This document shows positions 58,333 to 64,000 of a stretch of 64,000 nt of DNA, one piece after another. The number at the start of each line of letters is the position of its first letter. Position 1 is the stretch's first letter. Source of the stretch: Heteronotia binoei (lineage: Eukaryota); contig NC_083237.1 in assembly GCF_032191835.1 (NCBI RefSeq), positions 18,662,001 through 18,726,000 of the forward strand, read 5' to 3'. Made by a program: the position numbers and the translations under genes. The notes under the pieces were generated by a model. The model made no database searches, was not told the DNA's origin, and saw only the letters and a list, made by a program, of their open reading frames with translations.

Positions 58333-59797
58333 CAGGGCGCTTGCCCCCTCCCCTCAGCTTTGATCTACTACAAGCCGACATGGCGTGAGGCCCGCTACAG
58401 AGCGGGCACTCGTGTTTGAACTTACAGGGCTTCCTAGGGCACGCTCCTTTGGAAGCGAACTCCCAACAAAGCATCCGGGTTTGAACCGGCTGGCCCGCCG
58501 CTGGGCAGGCCCCTGTAAGCTGCAGCTGCTTGTGAACCAAATGTCCGCTGTCGGACCTGTCTCCCACATTCGGCTTGGCCGGAGACATCAGCTGCAACCA
58601 GAGCTGTTGGCTGACCTGGTCCCAAGGCAACCCTGGATTGACCGCCGCCCTCATTCGAAAAGCTTCATCATACTGCAGCCAAGCTGCACTGACAAAGTCC
58701 GAGTAAGCCCTATACACTATATCCATGTATTGGAACAAGGCGGCGGCACGTGCTGGCTGAGCCCGGGCAATGACTCCCGCGTAAATTAGAAACCCAGGCA
58801 ACCAGTTTGCCCAGGTCCTATCCACCTTCCTACGCTTCAGCTTTTCTTTCTCTTTCTCGTCAAGCTCGTCCTTGCTTTTCTTTTCGAGCTCACGATACAG
58901 GAGACTAAACATGTCAATGTACTCACCACGCAAAATTTTGTCACACGTGGCGCTCGTTAGGTGATCTCCCAAAGGCAACGAAGTGTCGCCAAATGGGAGC
59001 GCGTGGCATGGTATGTTAGAGTAAGGAACGGGGGGGGGTAAAACCACCCACCGCCAGGCCCCCGGGCCACAGCCCGTGCCACTGTGCATATTGCTGCCCA
59101 CCCCACGGCAAAACCCCTGGCATGGGTGCAACCGTCGCCGCCGCAGAGGTAGACGGGACAGCCTGCTGGACCGGTGTCTGTGGTCCAGGGCTACTCAAGC
59201 CAGCCACCCCTAAACCGGGCCCCTGCACTGCAGGACTCTGCAGGGCCCAGGCCCAAGGAGACCCCGAATCCCAGGGAACAGTGGATGCCCCAGGTTGCCC
59301 TCCGCCCCAAACCCCACTCCCCATCACTGGGGGGGAGGGGTGGCGTCTGCACCGGTCCCCATGGCCAATGTGGTGTCTGTTGCAAAAAACACTTACCCGC
59401 ATCCAAAGAAGGTCCTGCACCATCCGGAGTCTGAGGCACACCGTCCCCCGAGCCGCCGCCAGTCGACTGCTCCCCCGACGGGTCCTCACCAGGATCCTCC
59501 TCGTCATCCAACTGCTGCGGAGGATCAGGTACAGCTGCGCCGCCCTGCAATGCAGACAAACGGGCCAGCATCTCCGCTTCAAACATGGGTCACTTTGACC
59601 GCTCCGAAGCGCGGCGGAGACCCTGCCAAATAGGGGCCCCTGCAGCAACTCTCTGCTGCTCCAACGCCTCCAGCTGCTGGATAATGGCCAACCTAACCCG
59701 CTCTCCCGAAATCAGGCCCAAGTTGCCCGCCACGGCCCCTGGGCGGGCAAGCCGGCTGTTTGCCCTTAGCCTTCCCCAAACCCTTTCTAGGCGTCAT
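58262..59797 (-). pseudogene. Gag-like ORF1 of the Ngaro element (several frameshifts and a nonsense codon)
   Basis: MTPRKG basic N-terminus; MFEAEMLARL; KILRGEYIDMFSLL; WLQYDEAFR; C-terminal CWEF..C..C.FKHEC..C..H zinc finger. Confidence 0.8.
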
Positions 59798-60404
59798 GCT
59801 AACCAAATATTACGGCTAACACCCTGGCCTCACAAAGATGGGAACAAAACTCAAAAAGCAGACCCCCAAAATTGATCGCAGCACACGCATTTGATAATGC
59901 TGAACTTCCAGGCAATGCCTCTCAGCGCTGCCACAAAATGCCAGATGGGGACTCCCAGAAATGACTGCCACCCGCACCTGGCGTAACCAGCCCAACCACC
60001 GTCGCGCCAAAATGGCGGCCCAGCAATGAGCGTTCAGCCGATGTGCTTTAAAATGGCCGCCCAAAGAAGAACTCAGCCGAGCCCTAAAATGGCCGCCCAG
60101 TAACAGGCAATCCTCCCAGAGCACGCGGCTCAACCAAAATGGCCGCCACGCGCGCTTCATGCAGCACGAAGTTCAACCCAATGCCTAAAGCCCACCCGGA
60201 ATCAGCCGCCGCTCGCGCTGTAGGGCCCCGCCGGAGATGACAGACAGTCTGGGCGGAGCCAGGGCTTATAAAGCCCTGACCACACCCCCCAACAGCTCGG
60301 GAGCATCCGACTGGCGGTCTGCTCCTCCCTTCATCCGTGGGGGCAAAGATGGCACCCAGCTTGATCGCGGGCGAAGCCGGCTTAGCTGGGAAGGTGCCGA
60401 GCCT

Positions 60405-61030
60405 AATATGCACAGTCTTTCTTGGGACCAAAAGGCCTCCAAATGGTTTCAGCCAAGAACTGGCAAAGTAGAGTCTTCTTCACAAGTCAAACTGCTGTAG
60501 AAAAAAAGCAAACAGTAGCAGGCAGCTACGAAGGCGGCGCCTCTCTGCCTCCGTTTCTCTGAAGCTTCCACAGGCTGAGTGAAGAAGAGTACAAACTGAG
60601 TATACAAATAATCCATACAAAAATAGTTTCAGATAAACAAATGAACCATTTTACCTTAATGCAAAAGATTACAAAGTTGATAATGGAAATCAATCCTTCA
60701 AGTGCAATGAAAGTTATATTTATAATGTGGTGCTCCAGTGACCATTAAAACCCACTATACAGTCATGAAATAGAAACACATTTACAGGTGTTCAAAGTTA
60801 ACGTGATCATTTAAAGGAGCCACATCAAGTCTACAGATGCTGCAAACACTCATATAAAGCAGGACAAATCACATTCATAGTTTCAACCATTTGGTTGAAG
60901 AGAATTACATTTAAAAATCCAGAATGCCTCACGTTGTAATAACCATTTATTAACATCATTTCTGTTGTATACATTGAAATTGAATTTTTCAATAACAAAA
61001 AATCTTAAAGACTCAGGAGCATGTTTTTTT
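60405..61030 (-). mobile_element. Penelope-like element 3' remnant (continues at about 53050..53210; the Ngaro inserted into it)
   Basis: 60883..61023 translates HAPESLRFFVIEK..LLQREAFWIFKCNSLQPNG, like the C-terminus of Penelope GIY-YIG endonucleases. Confidence 0.7.
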
Positions 61031-61886
61031 GTTGTGAATATGGTACGCAAGATGGAAAACCCAAAATCTTCTGTAGAAAGCCTGAGTGTACTTGTTCAAC
61101 TGCTTTATTTATTGAATCAATCCAAATAGGGGTTCCATAGAGTAATTGAGGGTCAATTTTCAAATTAAAAACTTTGAGCACAGCTGGAACATATTGATTC
61201 CCTTTTTCAGAGAAACAGAAACGCAGAAGTGAGTTATCATTTGCTTTGGCATTATTAATCGTTACTTTGCATTGTTGGGTCCATGATGTAGTAGCCTGGA
61301 AATGTTACCCTAAGTACGTGAAGTGTTTTACTTGTTCGAACTCATAGTCACCCACCCTTCAAGATTGCTTCCTAGATTTCGAGAACACTAACACTTTTGA
61401 TTTCTCATAATTTAATTCTAATTGATTGATTTTACAGTACTTTTGGCAGCAATTTAATAGCCAAAGTAAAAAATAAATAACCATTGACATTTTTGATTTC
61501 TGAGTTTTGGAGCTTAGAACTTGTGACCATCTTTTTGCAGTAACTTCATTCCTACCTACCCTGTGCAGAAGGTTACTCAAAGCGCATGTTTTGCTATTAC
61601 TTTTTATAATTCGTTATTTATAAGTACCCAGAGGAACAATACATTCTATGAATTTAGGGGGAGGTATTTGTGAGTTTCCTACGTTGTGCAGGGGGTTGGA
61701 CTAGATGGCCCTGGAGATCCCTTTCAGCTCTATGATTTTATGACTAAATGGATGTGATATGAAAGGTGGACATCCCCTCTCTCCCTAACTGGATGCCATG
61801 TCTTTATAGCATTTCTCTTTCTATGGAGACAAATAGCCAGATAAGAGTATATCGTATGCAATGATTACTCTGTTCTCTAATTCCAG

Positions 61887-62759
61887 ATGGAGTTCACCAA
61901 CAGGACAGTCCAGGAATTCATTTTGGTGGGCTTTGAAGTTGGGCACCTGCAACGACTCCTGCTCCTCACCTTTTTCACTTTCCTTTACATGCTTGCCATG
62001 GCGGAGAACATCACCATCATCACGTTGGTGCATCTTGACACCCGCTTGTCCCGGCTTCCCATGTACATCCTCCTGAGCAACTTCTCGTGGCTGGAGATCT
62101 GCTATGTGAGCACCACTGTGCCCCGCATGCTCTTAGACCTGGCATTGGCCAAAAAGATCATCTCCTTCAGTTCCTGCTTCCTCCAGTTCTACATATTTTT
62201 CTTTCTTGGCAGTACAGAATGCTTCTTCCTCTCCTCTATGGCCTTGGATCGGTACTTGGCCATCTGCCACCCACTGCGATATCCACAGATCATGTCCCCA
62301 AATTTTTGCTACATCCTAGTAACTGCTTCTGGGCTCCTTAACTTCCTGGCATTCATAGTTCCATTGACACTTATCTCCAAGATGTCTTTCTGTGGTCCTA
62401 ATATCATTGACCATTTTTTGTGTGACCCTGGGCCAATTCTGGCTTTGGCTTGTCCTCCACTACCAAAGGCTCCCCTCGTTAGTCTGATTTTCATGGATGT
62501 TGTGCTGATCCTCGGCAACATCGTGTTTACTGTGCTGTCCTACAGTTCTGTGATTGTCACTTTGATGAAAAACTCTAGCAAAGGCAATCAGTTAAAGTCT
62601 TTCTCCACCATATCATTCCACTTGTTGGTGGTCACGCTTTATTATGGCCCTCCAGTAGGGCTGTATGTAAACCCAGGAGGAGAAACAGATTCAAATGTCA
62701 TTATGACAGTAGCACTCTTCCCTACTGCCTTAACACCCTTTCTCAACCCCCTGATTTAG
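61887..62759 (+). pseudogene. Olfactory receptor OR11-like (OR4), premature stop at the Y of NPLIY
   Basis: CTG ATT TAG at 62757..62759 where paralogs have CTG ATT TAC; downstream tgtctgaggaatgatcag is still OR-like. Confidence 0.88.
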
Positions 62760-63507
62760 TGTCTGAGGAATGATCAGGTAAAGGAGGCACTGTTCCGATT
62801 ATGGAGGAGAAAAGCGGTCTTTTTGAAAAGAAAAGTGACCGTGTAAAAAAAGAGGAACATGCCACAGTACTCTCCAAGATAAAGCTGATGCAGTCAGTGC
62901 TAGACAACAAAGGCACAGATCCCTGTTCAGTCTTTCTGGCTCCTTTTGTGCACTGGAAGGCAACAGTACACATTTCCACTAGAATACTGTGCAAGCACTT
63001 TTCAAGTATATATTTTGTAATACATACAATAAAATGAATTCTGCATTATTTTATAAGGCACTCACAACTGCACAATTCTTATACATTCCAGCTAGTTTGA
63101 TAAACATAATTGTATGTGGAAATCATTATTGTTTCTCTATATAATGCTAATTTATATGTGTAGACACATCATAGGGATGGTTTTACTGTCATCCGAATAC
63201 AGAATGGTTATTTCCTGAAGATTAGATAAATCCTTTTCTGACTTTGAAACATGAATGATCCCATTCTCCCCAAAATGCCATTGAGAACACCACGGCTTTT
63301 TTATAGAAAAAGCCCAGCTGGAATTCATTTGCATATTAGGCCTCATCCCCTGAAATCAACGCTATTCCATATAGTGAGATAGCAGGAACTTGTTTGCATA
63401 TTAGACCACACCCGCTGTTATCACAATTGTTTCACGTAAGGCTTTTTTTGTAGAAAAAGCCCAGCAGGAACTCATTTGCATATTATGCCACACCCCCTGC
63501 CACCAAG

Positions 63508-64000
63508 CCCATCTGCCACCCACTGCGATATCCACAGATCATGTCCCCAAATTTTTGCTACATCCTAGTAACTGCTTCTTGGGTCCTTAGCTTCCTGGCA
63601 TTCATTGTTCCAGTGACACTGATCTCCAAGATGTCTTTCTGTGGTCCTAATATCATTGACCATTTTTTGTGTGACCCTGGGCCAATTCTGGCTTTGGCTT
63701 GTCCTCCACTACCAAAGGCTCCCCTCGTTAGTCTGATTTTCATGGATGTTGTGCTGATCCTCGGCAACATCGTGTTTACTGTGCTGTCCTACAGTTCTGT
63801 GATTGTCACTTTGATGAAAAACTCTAGCAAAGGCAATCGGAATCGGTTAAAGTCTTTCTCCACCATATCATTCCACTTGTTGGTGGTCACGCTTTATTAT
63901 GGCCCTCCAGTAGGGCTGTATGTAAACCCAGGAGGAGAAACGGATTCAAATGTCATTAAGACAGTAGCGCTCTTCCCTACTGCCTTAACACCCTTTCTCA
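63508..64000 (+). pseudogene. 5'-truncated OR fragment (TM3 onward), runs off the window end
   Basis: Starts abruptly at ccatctgccacccactgcgatatcc after MITE sequence; carries a 6 bp duplication aatcgg near 63835..63846. Confidence 0.85.

Larger units (their letters stand above)
53211..60404 (-). mobile_element. Ngaro-type DIRS-order (tyrosine recombinase) retrotransposon with split direct repeats
   Basis: Minus-strand order: A1, gag, RT/RNaseH, YR, SGNH hydrolase, B1, A2, B2; no TSD; no methyltransferase ORF seen. Confidence 0.92.

Noticed and set aside
53168-60417. tatgcacagtc on both sides of the Ngaro element as a possible TSD
   Set aside because: The left copy lies about 30 bp outside the element end and belongs to a pre-existing 45 bp-spaced repeat in the target

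Overview
Vertebrate (squamate, probably gecko; inferred from Sauria-type SINEs and the LINE/Penelope repertoire) chemoreceptor cluster, heavily invaded by transposons. It holds three intact single-exon OR11-like olfactory receptor ORFs (1854..2840 -, 11638..12627 +, 28522..29457 +), one nonsense-truncated paralog (61887..62759 +) and several OR fragments. A six-exon vomeronasal type-2 receptor (V2R, 33607..48349 +) sits between OR units; exons 2-6 are intact and exon 1 is damaged. The first 14.4 kb is a large inverted repeat (arms 1..6088 and 7776..14438) carrying two head-to-head ORs. Mobile elements include L1, L2, CR1, RTE and RTE-X-like LINEs, two solo LTRs, hAT-type MITEs, SINEs and Penelope remnants with hammerhead motifs. 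There is also a structurally complete Ngaro-type tyrosine-recombinase retrotransposon (53211..60404 -) with split direct repeats and an intact SGNH-hydrolase ORF. The top finding is that this hydrolase ORF has no usable ATG of its own but is flanked by a phase-matched splice donor in gag and an acceptor just upstream, predicting a spliced Gag-esterase fusion. All identities quoted are by-eye estimates; no searches or alignments were run.
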